Shown here one piece after another: positions 41,177 to 51,816 of a DNA stretch of 64,000 nt. The DNA lies in contig CAWDTA010000002.1 in NCBI GenBank assembly GCA_963805085.1, positions 352,001 to 416,000 on the forward strand, given 5' to 3'. Position numbers and translations under genes: made by a program. The notes beneath the pieces were generated by a model. That model was not told the DNA's origin, made no database searches, and saw nothing but the letters and a program-made list of their open reading frames with translations. The DNA comes from an uncultured Veillonellaceae bacterium (GTDB lineage Bacteria > Bacillota > Negativicutes > JARBTT01). How positions within the stretch are numbered: the first letter of the stretch is position 1; the number at the start of each line of letters is the position of its first letter.

Positions 41177-42183
41177 TGGACTTAAATATTATTTGGTTTG
41201 TTTTAATCACTGTTCTTTTTATTGGCTTCTTCTTTCTTGAAGGCTTCGATTATGGTGTTGGGATTTTGCTACCTTTCTTAGGCAAAACGGATACCGAACG
41301 CCGGATTATCTTCAATACCATCGGACCAGTTTGGGATGGCAATGAGGTTTGGATGATTACCGCTGGTGGCGCTTTATTTGCGGCTTTTCCTCATGTTTAT
41401 GCGACCATGTTCAGCAGTTTTTACCTCGCACTCTTTCTCATGTTACTCGCACTAATTGCGCGTGGTGTAACCTTCGAATTTCGCAGTAAAGATGATAGCC
41501 CAACTTGGCGTAACACTTGGGATTGGACTCTTTGCATTAGCAGTGCAATTCCAGCTCTACTTTGGGGCGTTGCTGTAACCAATTTAATACAAGGAATCGC
41601 CATCAATGAAAAAATGATTTATGTTGGTACTTTCTTTGATTTATTAACACCTTATACTGTAATTGGCGGCTTGGCATTCCTGTTTGTTTTCATCTTTCAT
41701 GGGGCAATGTTTCTCTCCCTCAGAATAGAAAATACCAATATGATTGCCAACGTCCGTGAAATTTCTTTAAAAGTTGGTATTGTTGCTGCTGCTTCTTTTG
41801 TTGCATGCATGATTCTTACGTATACCAACACGGATTTATTTGCCAGTTCGCTTGCTGCGATTAGTTTAATTTTAGCTGCAATCTTATTTGTAGCAGGTTA
41901 CGCTTTTGCTTGGTTGAAAAAATATACTTTAGGCTTTATAATGAGTTCACTAGCAATCGTGCTGACAACCATCGCATTTTTTGCTGGGCTATTCCCTCGC
42001 TTAATGGTTTCTAGTTTAAATCCAGCTTGGAGTTTGGACATTTACAACGCCTCATCATCTGTTTATACACTACAGATCATGACGGTCGCAGCATTATGTT
42101 TGGTTCCAGTTGTTCTCATTTATCAAGGCTGGACTTACTGGGTATTTCGCAAGAGGGTTACAGCTAAAAATTTGGAGTATTAA
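41173..42183 (+). CDS. cydB: Cytochrome bd ubiquinol oxidase subunit II
   Basis: LEGFDYGVG, IGPVWDGNEVW, RGVTFEFR, YQGWTYWVF. Confidence 0.96.
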   Translation: MMDLNIIWFVLITVLFIGFFFLEGFDYGVGILLPFLGKTDTERRIIFNTIGPVWDGNEVWMITAGGALFAAFPHVYATMFSSFYLALFLMLLALIARGVTFEFRSKDDSPTWRNTWDWTLCISSAIPALLWGVAVTNLIQGIAINEKMIYVGTFFDLLTPYTVIGGLAFLFVFIFHGAMFLSLRIENTNMIANVREISLKVGIVAAASFVACMILTYTNTDLFASSLAAISLILAAILFVAGYAFAWLKKYTLGFIMSSLAIVLTTIAFFAGLFPRLMVSSLNPAWSLDIYNASSSVYTLQIMTVAALCLVPVVLIYQGWTYWVFRKRVTAKNLEY

Positions 42184-42188
42184 AATTC

Positions 42189-43919
42189 ATGCTAGATAAA
42201 CGCTTGGTTACTGAAGCAAAACTATATAAACATCGTTTTTTTAAACTAATCGCCCTGAGTTTAGTCAATGCGATATGCATCGTATTGATCGCCTATGAGA
42301 TGACGACAATCATCAATGGCGTATTTTTAGAAAAACTTCTCATATCAGAAGTAGTATCGCCTCTTGCGATACTACTTTTCGTTATGCTCGCAAAATCCAT
42401 CACTATGTGGCTGACCGAAAACGTCGCGCACGGCATCGCGCAAAATATAAAGGGGAATCTGCGGACACGCCTACTTGATCATATGGTCCGTCTAGGACCA
42501 ATTCCTTTAGCCAAAGAGCAAACTGGTGAACTCATCAATTTGTTGACTGAAGGAATCAACCATTTAGACGATTATTTCACAAAATTTTTGCCACAAATCA
42601 TTAGTACTGCGATCATCCCTCTTTTGATCTTGCTTATCGTTTTACCAGTTGATTTCAAAACAGCTATTATTTTACTCATTACCGCCCCACTCATTCCTAT
42701 TTTTATGACCTTAATTGGCAGACTGGCTAGTAAAGAAAATAAAGAGCAATGGCAAACGTTATCACGGATTAGTGCTCATTTTCTTGATGTCATCGAAGGG
42801 CTTACGACATTAAAGATTTTCAACCAAAGTATTGCACAAATCAAAATCATCGAAAAGCTGAGTAATGAATTTCGCGACATTACCTTAAAAGTACTTCGTC
42901 TGGCCTTTCTATCAGCACTTGTTCTAGAGCTTATTGCAACGTTGAGTGTCGCTTTGGTGGCTGTGACAATCGGTCTACGCTTGCTAGATGATAATATTAC
43001 TTTTTTTACAGCATTTTTTCTTTTATTGCTTGCACCAGAGTTTTATCTTCCCCTTCGTCAACTTGGCACTGCCTTTCATGCCTCCATGTCCGGGACAACT
43101 GCTGCTGATCGCATTTATCAAGTATTACGTATATCAACTAACGAAGATAGGACTGATACCGAAACACTTGCATTCAACAAGCAACAGGCCATGTCAATTG
43201 CATTCAAAGAAGTTGCGTTTTCCTACAATGCCAAACGGCCTGTTTTAAAAGACTTCACGATTGACATAAAGGCTGGTGAGCACGCAGCGATTGTTGGTGC
43301 CAGTGGATCCGGCAAAACAACGCTTTTTAACTTGCTATTGAAATTTATTCAACCACAGTCTGGAGATATTTTCATCAATGGTCTTCCCTTAGCAAAAATC
43401 AAACAACGTGATTGGCTAAAAAATGTTGCTTATGTGCCGCAAGCACCGCATATTTTTGCGCAGACAGTGGCCGAAAACATTGCGCTAGGGAGCAGTACCG
43501 CGACCTTAGGAGACATTCAGGCAGCAGCAAAATTAGCAATGGCTCATGATTTTATTGAGAAATTACCGCTAGGTTATCAAACAAAGCTCGGGGAGGGTGG
43601 TCATCAGCTAAGTGGTGGCCAAATGCGCCGTATTGCAATTGCTAGAACGTTTTTACAAGACGCTGCAGTAATTCTTCTAGATGAAGCGACTACTGGCTTA
43701 GACGTCAATACAGAGGCTGAAATCTCAGCTGCACTCAGAGCTCTTACCGCAGAAAAAACAACGATTACTATCGCGCACCGTTTAAAATCTGTTGAAAAAG
43801 CTGATAAAGTGATTGTCATGGAGAATGGTGAAATCATCGAGGTTGGCAATCATGAAGAACTCATCAAGAAGCGTGGTGCTTATTTCACTATGCTCATGGC
43901 ATATAGAGGTGAACAATGA
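42189..43919 (+). CDS. cydD: Thiol/heme ABC exporter subunit CydD
   Basis: TAPLIPIFM, LRLAFLS, LAPEFYLPLRQLG, Walker A/B. Confidence 0.92.
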   Translation: MLDKRLVTEAKLYKHRFFKLIALSLVNAICIVLIAYEMTTIINGVFLEKLLISEVVSPLAILLFVMLAKSITMWLTENVAHGIAQNIKGNLRTRLLDHMVRLGPIPLAKEQTGELINLLTEGINHLDDYFTKFLPQIISTAIIPLLILLIVLPVDFKTAIILLITAPLIPIFMTLIGRLASKENKEQWQTLSRISAHFLDVIEGLTTLKIFNQSIAQIKIIEKLSNEFRDITLKVLRLAFLSALVLELIATLSVALVAVTIGLRLLDDNITFFTAFFLLLLAPEFYLPLRQLGTAFHASMSGTTAADRIYQVLRISTNEDRTDTETLAFNKQQAMSIAFKEVAFSYNAKRPVLKDFTIDIKAGEHAAIVGASGSGKTTLFNLLLKFIQPQSGDIFINGLPLAKIKQRDWLKNVAYVPQAPHIFAQTVAENIALGSSTATLGDIQAAAKLAMAHDFIEKLPLGYQTKLGEGGHQLSGGQMRRIAIARTFLQDAAVILLDEATTGLDVNTEAEISAALRALTAEKTTITIAHRLKSVEKADKVIVMENGEIIEVGNHEELIKKRGAYFTMLMAYRGEQ

Positions 43920-45643
43920 ATACATTTCTAAAACTAACAAAACTGATATTACCAGTAATGCCCACTATGTTACTCGCACTCCTTTTAGCTTGGTGCAGCA
44001 TTGCCAGTTCTATTTCATTGATGGCTGCAGCAGCCTACCTTATTGCCAGTGCTGCACTGCACCCATTTTTCTACGAACTTTCACTCGCCATCGTAGCTGT
44101 GCGTTTTTTCGGTATTTCCCGCGCAATATTTCGCTATACAGAACGATATGTATCGCATGATGCGACTTTTCGCATCTTAACGAAACTTCGTGTCTGGTGC
44201 TATCAAAAAATAGAACCACTCGCTCCGGCTAAGTTAAGTGAATGGCAAAGTGGTGAGCTTTTCAGCCTACTGATCCACAACATTGACACATTAAAAGATT
44301 TTTATCTCAGAGTACTGGCCCCCCCCATTACTGCACTTATGATACTCCTCGCATTGGATCTGATTCTCTGCTATTATACGCCGTGGCTAGCTTTGCTACT
44401 GTCGACTGCTTTTCTACTGATTGGTATTATCATTCCACTTACAATCTATCATTTCAATAAAACAAATAGCACGACACTTTTAAAAGAGCAAATGCAATTC
44501 AAAACAAGCTGCATTGATACGCTCACGGGCATGAGTGAAGTCATTGCTTTTCAGTATACGGATCATGCGCGACAAAACATTAAGCAATGTAATCAAAAAA
44601 TTGCTTATAACCAAAATAAAGTGTTTCGCATCAATGCCCTTACCGACGCTGGTGCTAATTTTATTGCGAATTTCACCCTATGGTGCATGCTTGTATTATT
44701 GATTCCCTTAGTCCAAGCAGGGCAGATCACCGGGGTAACGCTCGCAGTCTTTACTTTAGCCTTACAAAGCAGCTTCGAAGCAGTACTAATACTACCGGTT
44801 GTATGGCATTACTATAGTGAAAGCATGACCGCGGCCAAACAAGTTTTTCATATCATCGAAAGTGATATCCCGATTATGGATGTACCTCAGATTAAAACTT
44901 CCCTAAATCCCCAAGCTTTAGATATCGTTGTAAAAAATCTAACCTTTTCCTATAAAAACAATCGACAAATTTTAAACGACGTCTCTTTTCATTTAAAAGC
45001 TGGAGAACACATCGCTATTGTGGGTGCCAGCGGCTCCGGTAAAAGTACGTTAATCAACGTTCTATTACGCTTTTGGGAATATCAAAGTGGCTCTGTCAAT
45101 CTCGGGGGCATTGACTATCAGCACAGCGATTCAGAAACACTCCGCCAATATTTTAATGTAGTAGCACAAAATACTCATATCTTCAATGCTACATTAGAAG
45201 AAAACCTCTTACTAGCTAATCCCAGCGCTAGTAAGGAAGATCTGGAAAAAGCAATCATACAAGCGGAACTAAGTGAACTCATCAAGGCATTACCAGACGG
45301 TTTACAAACAAAGGTTGGTCAGAACGGTAAACTACTATCTGGCGGACAGCGCCAACGGCTTTCGATTGCTCGCGCTTTATTAAAACCAGCTCCAATTCTC
45401 ATGTTAGATGAGCCAACAGTTGGGCTTGATGCAATTACGGAAAGAAAGATCATGAAGACGATTGAGCAGACCTTCGATCACTGCACACTACTTCTCGTTA
45501 CACACAACCTCATTGGACTAGAAAACATGAACCAAATCCTTGTAATGGCTGATGGCAAAATTGTCGAACGAGGCACCTTTGCCGAATTAATGAAAGCGAA
45601 GACGACGTTTTACAAAATGTACACTTACAAACGCGATTTTTAA
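43916..45643 (+). CDS. cydC: Thiol/heme ABC exporter subunit CydC
   Basis: VRFFGISRAIFRYTERYVSHDATF, LSGGQRQR. Confidence 0.92.
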   Translation: MNTFLKLTKLILPVMPTMLLALLLAWCSIASSISLMAAAAYLIASAALHPFFYELSLAIVAVRFFGISRAIFRYTERYVSHDATFRILTKLRVWCYQKIEPLAPAKLSEWQSGELFSLLIHNIDTLKDFYLRVLAPPITALMILLALDLILCYYTPWLALLLSTAFLLIGIIIPLTIYHFNKTNSTTLLKEQMQFKTSCIDTLTGMSEVIAFQYTDHARQNIKQCNQKIAYNQNKVFRINALTDAGANFIANFTLWCMLVLLIPLVQAGQITGVTLAVFTLALQSSFEAVLILPVVWHYYSESMTAAKQVFHIIESDIPIMDVPQIKTSLNPQALDIVVKNLTFSYKNNRQILNDVSFHLKAGEHIAIVGASGSGKSTLINVLLRFWEYQSGSVNLGGIDYQHSDSETLRQYFNVVAQNTHIFNATLEENLLLANPSASKEDLEKAIIQAELSELIKALPDGLQTKVGQNGKLLSGGQRQRLSIARALLKPAPILMLDEPTVGLDAITERKIMKTIEQTFDHCTLLLVTHNLIGLENMNQILVMADGKIVERGTFAELMKAKTTFYKMYTYKRDF

Positions 45644-45693
45644 AATCATCTTTTGAAAAAGTGTGTTTCAAAAAAACACAACCATAAAATTCA

Positions 45694-45813
45694 AGAGACT
45701 GTTACAAGATGCCCAGATGCTAGGAAGGGCGAGAATGCGAGGGCGTACGTGTAGTACGTTGAGCGAGTGCTCGCAGGTTGAGCAACGCAGATGGGTATTT
45801 TGTAACAGTCTCT
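45694..45813. repeat. 120-bp GC-rich folded element with long terminal inverted repeats (MITE/REP-like or ncRNA)
   Basis: AGAGACTGTTACAAGATGCCCA ... TGGGTATTTTGTAACAGTCTCT ends; internal CGTAC-GTGTA-GTACG hairpin. Confidence 0.65.
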
Positions 45814-45862
45814 AAAAAAAAGCGAGGCGATGCATTCTCAGAAATGCATTGCCTCGCTTTTT
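45814..45862. terminator. Bidirectional terminator between cydC and the GltD-like gene
   Basis: AAAAAGCGAGGCGATGCATT...AATGCATTGCCTCGCTTTTT. Confidence 0.8.
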
Positions 45863-45877
45863 ATGCTATGTAAAGAA

Positions 45878-47233
45878 CTATTCTTTTATTTTTAGACCGC
45901 ATTCTTCCATTAGCTTCTTCGCCTCAACATATTGAGCAATCCCGGCGGCTACTTTTTTAGCATCCTTCATTGCTCGAACCACTGTCGCTGGACCATGAAC
46001 CACATCACCACCAGAAAAAATACCATGACGCGTACTCATACCGTAAGGACGATCTTTGGTCTTCACAAAACCACCTTCGTTGACTTCAATCCCACGTGTC
46101 GTGGCAATAATCCGCCCTGCTGGTTTTTGCCCAATTGCAATAATCACTTTATTAGCGGGAATGGTTTCAAAGTCACCCGTGCCCACGGCTTTATCGTCAT
46201 GTACTTCACGGATTTCACATTCTAACCCAGTTACTTTCGTATCTCCCACAAATTTCACAGGACTTCTTAATCCCATGAAAGTAATGCCTTCTTTTTTGGC
46301 TACTTCCACTTCCGATGGCAGTGCCGCAACTTTATCTTCGGTTTCACGGAATATAACTGTTACCTTTGCTGCTTTTTCCCGCTTTGCAGTGCGTGCCGCA
46401 TCCATCGCTACATTCCCCGCACCGATGATCACAACATGATCGCCCTTATCAATTGGCACTTCTTCGCGATCAACGCTGCCCTGATTTGCCAATGCAACCA
46501 TTTGCAATAAGTAAGTTGCTTCAATAACGCCCGACAAATTTTTTCCATCAATATTAAGCGTTTTTGCTACTGCATTCCCAGTACCAACAAAAATAGCATC
46601 AAATCCTTGCGCAAAAATATCATCTAACGTTAAATCTTGCCCAATCATAACATTGGTTCTAAACTGCACCCCGAAACGTTCAATCTTTTGAATTTCACGT
46701 CTAACTACAGATTTTGCTAAACGAAATGCGGGAATACCATACATTAAAACGCCACCTGGCTCAGCTTGTGCATCAAACACAGCTACTTTAAAACCCATCT
46801 TGGCTAAATCACCAGCTACCGTAAGCCCTGCAGGGCCAGAGCCAATGACTGCTACTTTTCCTTTTTCTTCCCATAATTTAGGGAGTGGCGTAATTTCTAG
46901 ATCCCCATCAAGATCTGCTACAAACCGTTCTAGTTTACCGATTTGTATACTTTGCCCATCCTGATTTAGTACGCAAGCACCTTCACATTGTTTTTCCCGC
47001 GGACAAACGCGTCCACAAACAGCAGGAAGGTTACTCCGACGAGCAATTACTGCACTTGCCTGTCCAAGATTGCCATTGGCAAGCTCTCTAATAAAAGCTG
47101 GAATTTCATTTTCAATTGGACACCCTGTGCGACAATTTGGTTTTACACAGTTTAAGCACCGTTTAGCTTCTGTAACAGCCTCTTTCAAAGTAAATCCTTT
47201 AGGATCATACATTTCCATTGTTTTATCAGCCAT
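45878..47233 (-). CDS. Stand-alone GltD/NfnB(SudA)-like NAD(P)H-dependent Fe-S flavoprotein
   Basis: RCLNCVKPNCRTGCP, CGRVCPREKQCEGAC, IGSGPAGL, GAGNVAMDAAR, GGDVVHG. Confidence 0.85.
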   Translation of the reverse strand: MADKTMEMYDPKGFTLKEAVTEAKRCLNCVKPNCRTGCPIENEIPAFIRELANGNLGQASAVIARRSNLPAVCGRVCPREKQCEGACVLNQDGQSIQIGKLERFVADLDGDLEITPLPKLWEEKGKVAVIGSGPAGLTVAGDLAKMGFKVAVFDAQAEPGGVLMYGIPAFRLAKSVVRREIQKIERFGVQFRTNVMIGQDLTLDDIFAQGFDAIFVGTGNAVAKTLNIDGKNLSGVIEATYLLQMVALANQGSVDREEVPIDKGDHVVIIGAGNVAMDAARTAKREKAAKVTVIFRETEDKVAALPSEVEVAKKEGITFMGLRSPVKFVGDTKVTGLECEIREVHDDKAVGTGDFETIPANKVIIAIGQKPAGRIIATTRGIEVNEGGFVKTKDRPYGMSTRHGIFSGGDVVHGPATVVRAMKDAKKVAAGIAQYVEAKKLMEECGLKIKE

Positions 47234-47761
47234 ACATTTATGCCTCTATTCTTTATAATTTAGTTACATGCCACTTTACCTATTCATTTTAGAAATAAAT
47301 AATAATAAATAATCGATAAGTTCTAATGATTGAACTATAACTTCTAAAAATTATTATAGCACTGTTTTTCTCTCATAACTAGATAAATCCGTATAAAAAT
47401 ACAAGTTATTTTATGAACTTATTCATTTTGAGAAATTAATAACGTGCTATATTTCACATGGAATAATTATAATATTTAAACAATTTAACATTATACAAAA
47501 ATTTAGTATTTTTATCCGTCCTTTATTTTCAAGGTATTTCAATATTTCTCTATATTTATTTTAAAATTTAAATGATTATTCGCCAACTTAATCACCAATT
47601 TTACCCTTTATAATTTTATGTATAAATATGCATATATATTATCTGCAATAAAGGGGACTGAGTCAATTCAACAATTCATGGAAAAATGGATTAATGATAA
47701 TAAAACAGCGACAACCTCTCATAAATAAGTTATAATAAATTTAATAAGGTGGTGCATTGAT

Positions 47762-48016
47762 ATGGATACTGAATTATTGAAGTACCTAGATGAAAAATTT
47801 AATAAAATTGATGAGAAATTCAATAAAATTGATAAAAATTTTGATGAAATCAAAATGGAACTATCCGAATTCAGAGCAGAAAATCATAACGACATCCAAT
47901 CTCTTTATACTGCCGTCGGTGAGCTTCAAGGAAACGTAGAGGAAATGCAATATGATACATCCTATATAGCAGCGAAGACATTGTTACACAAAAAGCCGCC
48001 TAAATTTTCCAAGTAA
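47762..48016 (+). CDS. Hypothetical coiled-coil protein with heptad repeats
   Basis: RBS AAGGTGG; DEKFNKI-DEKFNKI-DKNFDEI; terminator-like hairpin follows at ~48027-48080. Confidence 0.65.
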   Translation: MDTELLKYLDEKFNKIDEKFNKIDKNFDEIKMELSEFRAENHNDIQSLYTAVGELQGNVEEMQYDTSYIAAKTLLHKKPPKFSK

Positions 48017-48329
48017 ATAAAAGATAAAAAGAACCTATAAGTTACCGAAATTGTTTTTCAGTAGCCTATAGGCTCTTTTGAGTTTATGTTTTTTTCCTCA
48101 AAATAACACTTGTTATTTAATATCTACTGAATGAAAGCTAAAGCTAGTGATATAATAGGTAAAGATTATGTCATCGTTTAGGTACTTATTGAGTACTTAT
48201 TCTTATAAAAGCCATAAGATTTTGACGAATGATTAAACGTTTCGTTATTAAAAAAAGATACAGATGTAGTAGCCAAATAATATATGATATAATTTAATTG
48301 ACAAAACTATTGCACGGGAGTGATTTTAT

Positions 48330-49037
48330 ATGGATGCAACTGAATTTAATGACCTTGTTACTTTGGTTATGGAAAGCAACTTAAAACCGCCAGATTCTTT
48401 ATTTCATGGTGGATATGATGATTGGCATGCTCGCGCTAGATTGGCACATTTTTTAGCAATGCCTGATTTCGATAAACCTGCCATTGCGATTGAATTGTTT
48501 AAAACCATAGTCGAAATTGAGACAAATGAAGAAAATCCTGAAGATGTAGAAGAAAAAGTCTTCGCCCTACAGCGTTTGAGTTCTTGTTTACGCACTGAAA
48601 AAGATAAGTTAGAAGAATCATTAACCTATATCAGTTTAGCCATTGAATTAGCTGAGGGTACAGATTTCTTGTACAAATACATCTTACGCGGCGAACTATG
48701 GGCTGATCGTTGGATGACCTTACATATGCAAAACAAAACCAATATCGCTATTGCTGAAGCAAACGAAAAAATTGAAATTTATGAAGAAATTCCAATTGAG
48801 CATAACAGCTATCTTTACTATGCTTATCGCTTCAAAGCACAAGTGGCTGGCTCAAATGGGACAACCTTAATCGCCAAGGACTTCATGCATAAAGCAATTT
48901 CCCTTATGGAAGTGAAAGAAGAATTCAAGGAGGGCCTTGAGGTCGCTTTTTCTGCCGATCACGATAACGCTTCGTGGATTCTAAACGACATTGACAAGGC
49001 GACTCCGCCCCTAGATAAGTGTCATTGGGATATCTAA
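48330..49037 (+). CDS. Hypothetical acidic all-helical (TPR-like) protein
   Basis: 235-aa ORF with RBS GGGAG, helical repeat pattern, followed by a terminator. Confidence 0.65.
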   Translation: MDATEFNDLVTLVMESNLKPPDSLFHGGYDDWHARARLAHFLAMPDFDKPAIAIELFKTIVEIETNEENPEDVEEKVFALQRLSSCLRTEKDKLEESLTYISLAIELAEGTDFLYKYILRGELWADRWMTLHMQNKTNIAIAEANEKIEIYEEIPIEHNSYLYYAYRFKAQVAGSNGTTLIAKDFMHKAISLMEVKEEFKEGLEVAFSADHDNASWILNDIDKATPPLDKCHWDI

Positions 49038-49052
49038 TGAACCGCATACGAT

Positions 49053-49104
49053 AACAAAGACCGTTCAGTGTGAATTTTAAAATCCACATTGAACGGTCTT
49101 TGTT
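49053..49104. terminator. Bidirectional terminator
   Basis: AACAAAGACCGTTCA...TGAACGGTCTTTGTT between convergent genes. Confidence 0.8.
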
Positions 49105-49110
49105 TTTTCT

Positions 49111-49863
49111 TTAAAATATTTCTAGCCCCACAGGACAATGATCACTACCAAAAATCTCATTATAAATGCTAGCTGCTTTGATTTGCTGTTTGATTTCATC
49201 AGAAACGAGGAAGTAATCAATCCGCCACCCCGCATTTGTAGCACGCGCTTGCCGCATGTAAGACCACCAACTATAACTGTCAGTCTTGTCAGGATACAAA
49301 TAGCGGAAACTATCGGTAAAACCCGCATTCAATAGCGTTGTCATCTTATCTCTTTCTTCATCAGTAAAGCCGGCATTACGATGATTTGTTTTCGGGTTTT
49401 TAAGATCAATTTCCTGGTGGGCAACGTTTAAATCACCACAAATAATCACCGATTTTTTTTCGTCTAATGCCGTTAGGTAAGCCCTAAAATCATCTTCCCA
49501 GTGCATGCGATATTGCAGCCTTTCTAGTTCACGTTTCGAGTTTGGCGTATACACTGTAACCAAATAAAAATCAGCGAACTCTAAGGTAATCACGCGTCCT
49601 TCTTGATCGTGCTCCTCCACCCCTAATCCATAGCTAACGCTAATCGGTACAATCCTAGTAAATACCGCCGTACCAGAATATCCTTTTTTTATCGCACTAT
49701 TCCAATATTGCTGATACCCTTCCAAATTGACTTCTGCTTGCCCTTGCTGCATTTTCGTTTCCTGCAAACAAAAGATATCTGCATCTAGCGCTTGAAACGT
49801 TTCGCCAAAGCCTTTTCCCAAACACGCTCTTAGTCCATTTACATTCCAGGATATCATCTTCAT
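49111..49863 (-). CDS. xth: Exodeoxyribonuclease III / AP endonuclease
   Basis: [33 protein letters not shown]. Confidence 0.95.
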   Translation of the reverse strand: MKMISWNVNGLRACLGKGFGETFQALDADIFCLQETKMQQGQAEVNLEGYQQYWNSAIKKGYSGTAVFTRIVPISVSYGLGVEEHDQEGRVITLEFADFYLVTVYTPNSKRELERLQYRMHWEDDFRAYLTALDEKKSVIICGDLNVAHQEIDLKNPKTNHRNAGFTDEERDKMTTLLNAGFTDSFRYLYPDKTDSYSWWSYMRQARATNAGWRIDYFLVSDEIKQQIKAASIYNEIFGSDHCPVGLEIF

Positions 49864-49898
49864 CAGTACCACCTCCTTTATTTTTGCTATAGATCATC

Positions 49899-50759
49899 CT
49901 ATTTCAACAGCATATTGATTCTCGGGAATACATGGGTAGCGTTATCATAGAATACCGCCTGATGATATTGTTCTGGAATCAACCGCTGTACGACTTCTAT
50001 ATAGGTTGCCATATTTACGAGCGGCCAATCAGAGCCATACATGATTTTATCATAACGTGATAAATAGGTAAGCCATGTTTTCATCTGCTCTATATACCCT
50101 TTATAGGTGTCGTAAAACCAATCGACATGAAACTTTCCTTCTGCTAATCCTGATAAATCAATATAAACATTCGGATTCTTTTTAGCTACTTCAGTTGCAT
50201 CTACAATCCAAGGATTTCCATAATGTGCCATAACAAAACGAACTCGCGGAAAATTAACAGCGACCTCATCCACGGTTAACGGATGCGAAAACTTGAGCAA
50301 ACCGGCAGAATTTGCTGTGTCCCCAGTATGAATAACAACTGGTATATTATTTGCTTCGGCGAGTTCATAAAAGGGATGATAGACAGAGTCATTGACATGG
50401 AAATGCTGATACCCTGCATATACTTTTAGCCCGACGACATTTTGCTCTTCCAACTTCTTCTTAAATGCAGCTACGCTCGCCTTGCTGTTTCCTTTCGTAA
50501 TTGTAGCGGTATCAATCCCCAAACATTGCACTAAAAAACTAGGGGGTTGTTCCGTCCCAAAATTTACAGTAAGCGGCTTACTGACGACCTTGCTATTGCT
50601 TTCTTTACCATCTACCCCCATACCAATGCCCAAAACGATATTTTCCTCACGAAAAACGCCTGCTAAGTGTTCTAAACTATCTAAATGCCCAGCTTTGTAT
50701 GCTGTTTGCTTAAAATGTTCATTCGCAGAAAAATGCAAATGCGCATCAATAATTTTCAT
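49899..50759 (-). CDS. Amidohydrolase_2 family protein
   Basis: IIDAHLH, VIHTG, MAHYGNP, YGSDWP. Confidence 0.85.
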   Translation of the reverse strand: MKIIDAHLHFSANEHFKQTAYKAGHLDSLEHLAGVFREENIVLGIGMGVDGKESNSKVVSKPLTVNFGTEQPPSFLVQCLGIDTATITKGNSKASVAAFKKKLEEQNVVGLKVYAGYQHFHVNDSVYHPFYELAEANNIPVVIHTGDTANSAGLLKFSHPLTVDEVAVNFPRVRFVMAHYGNPWIVDATEVAKKNPNVYIDLSGLAEGKFHVDWFYDTYKGYIEQMKTWLTYLSRYDKIMYGSDWPLVNMATYIEVVQRLIPEQYHQAVFYDNATHVFPRINMLLK

Positions 50760-50955
50760 TTTGTTGCCTTCTTTCGGTTATTACTAGCTAATGGCTCATT
50801 ATAACATATTTCTCGAAACGACAATGTCATTGGCAAATAGACAATTACTGCTAGATGATTGTATCTTATTTTGCTGATTCGCATAGTTATCTACTATTTC
50901 CTCTATCATATAGAAAAACAAAAAAGGCAGTCACTTGACTGCCCTTTTATCATGA

Positions 50956-51816
50956 CTACTCTACCATTTTATTTCTTTCAAGATTGTCAGCGATCACAGC
51001 AAACTCTTGCAAAGTTAAAGTTTCACCGCGTCTCGTCCCATCAATAGCAGCATCATCAATTGCCTTTTTGATTTCTTCTGCGGCAATCCCCATTGTCTTT
51101 AAAGAATTGCTTAAAGTTTTGCGGCGCTGTGAAAATGCCGCTTTTACTACGCGGAAGAACATTTTCTCACTAATTACTTTTACCGCCGGCTCTGGACGTA
51201 CATCACAACAAATCACAACAGAGTCAACAGCTGGTGCCGGAATAAACGATTTTGGTGGAACCTGTGCGACAATCTCTGGCGTTGTATAATACTGTACTGC
51301 CACCGATAATGCACCATAATCTTTCTTACCTGGCTTCGCCACCATGCGATCAGCTACTTCTTTTTGGATCATCGTAACAATTTTTGTTACTGGTAGCTTT
51401 TGCTCTAAAAGCGCCATAATGATTGGCGTTGTAATATAATATGGCAAATTGGCTACCACTTTAAAGTTTTTCCCCTCAACAAGTTCAGGAATATTTACTT
51501 TTAAAATATCACCATGGATAATTCGTACATTCTCGTAACCTTCCAGTGTTTTTGCCAACACTTCGGGTAGGCGATTATCGATTTCAACCGCGATGACATT
51601 TGCTTTCGCTTCAGCTAGCCCCTGCGTTAACGTACCAATCCCAGGACCAACTTCAAGAACGGTTTCCCCTTCTTGAATATCAGAAGCATGTACAATCTCT
51701 TGGACAATTGCCTCATCAATTAAGAAGTTTTGTCCAAGTTTTTTACTCATATGAATGTCAAAAGTTTTTAAGATATACTTTGTTACTTCGCGTTTTGCGA
51801 TTGTAGGCTGAATCAT
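50956..51816 (-). CDS. rsmA: 16S rRNA dimethyladenosine transferase
   Basis: KKLGQNFL, EVGPGIGTLT, VANLPYYITTP, QRRKTL. Confidence 0.97.
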   Translation of the reverse strand: MIQPTIAKREVTKYILKTFDIHMSKKLGQNFLIDEAIVQEIVHASDIQEGETVLEVGPGIGTLTQGLAEAKANVIAVEIDNRLPEVLAKTLEGYENVRIIHGDILKVNIPELVEGKNFKVVANLPYYITTPIIMALLEQKLPVTKIVTMIQKEVADRMVAKPGKKDYGALSVAVQYYTTPEIVAQVPPKSFIPAPAVDSVVICCDVRPEPAVKVISEKMFFRVVKAAFSQRRKTLSNSLKTMGIAAEEIKKAIDDAAIDGTRRGETLTLQEFAVIADNLERNKMVE

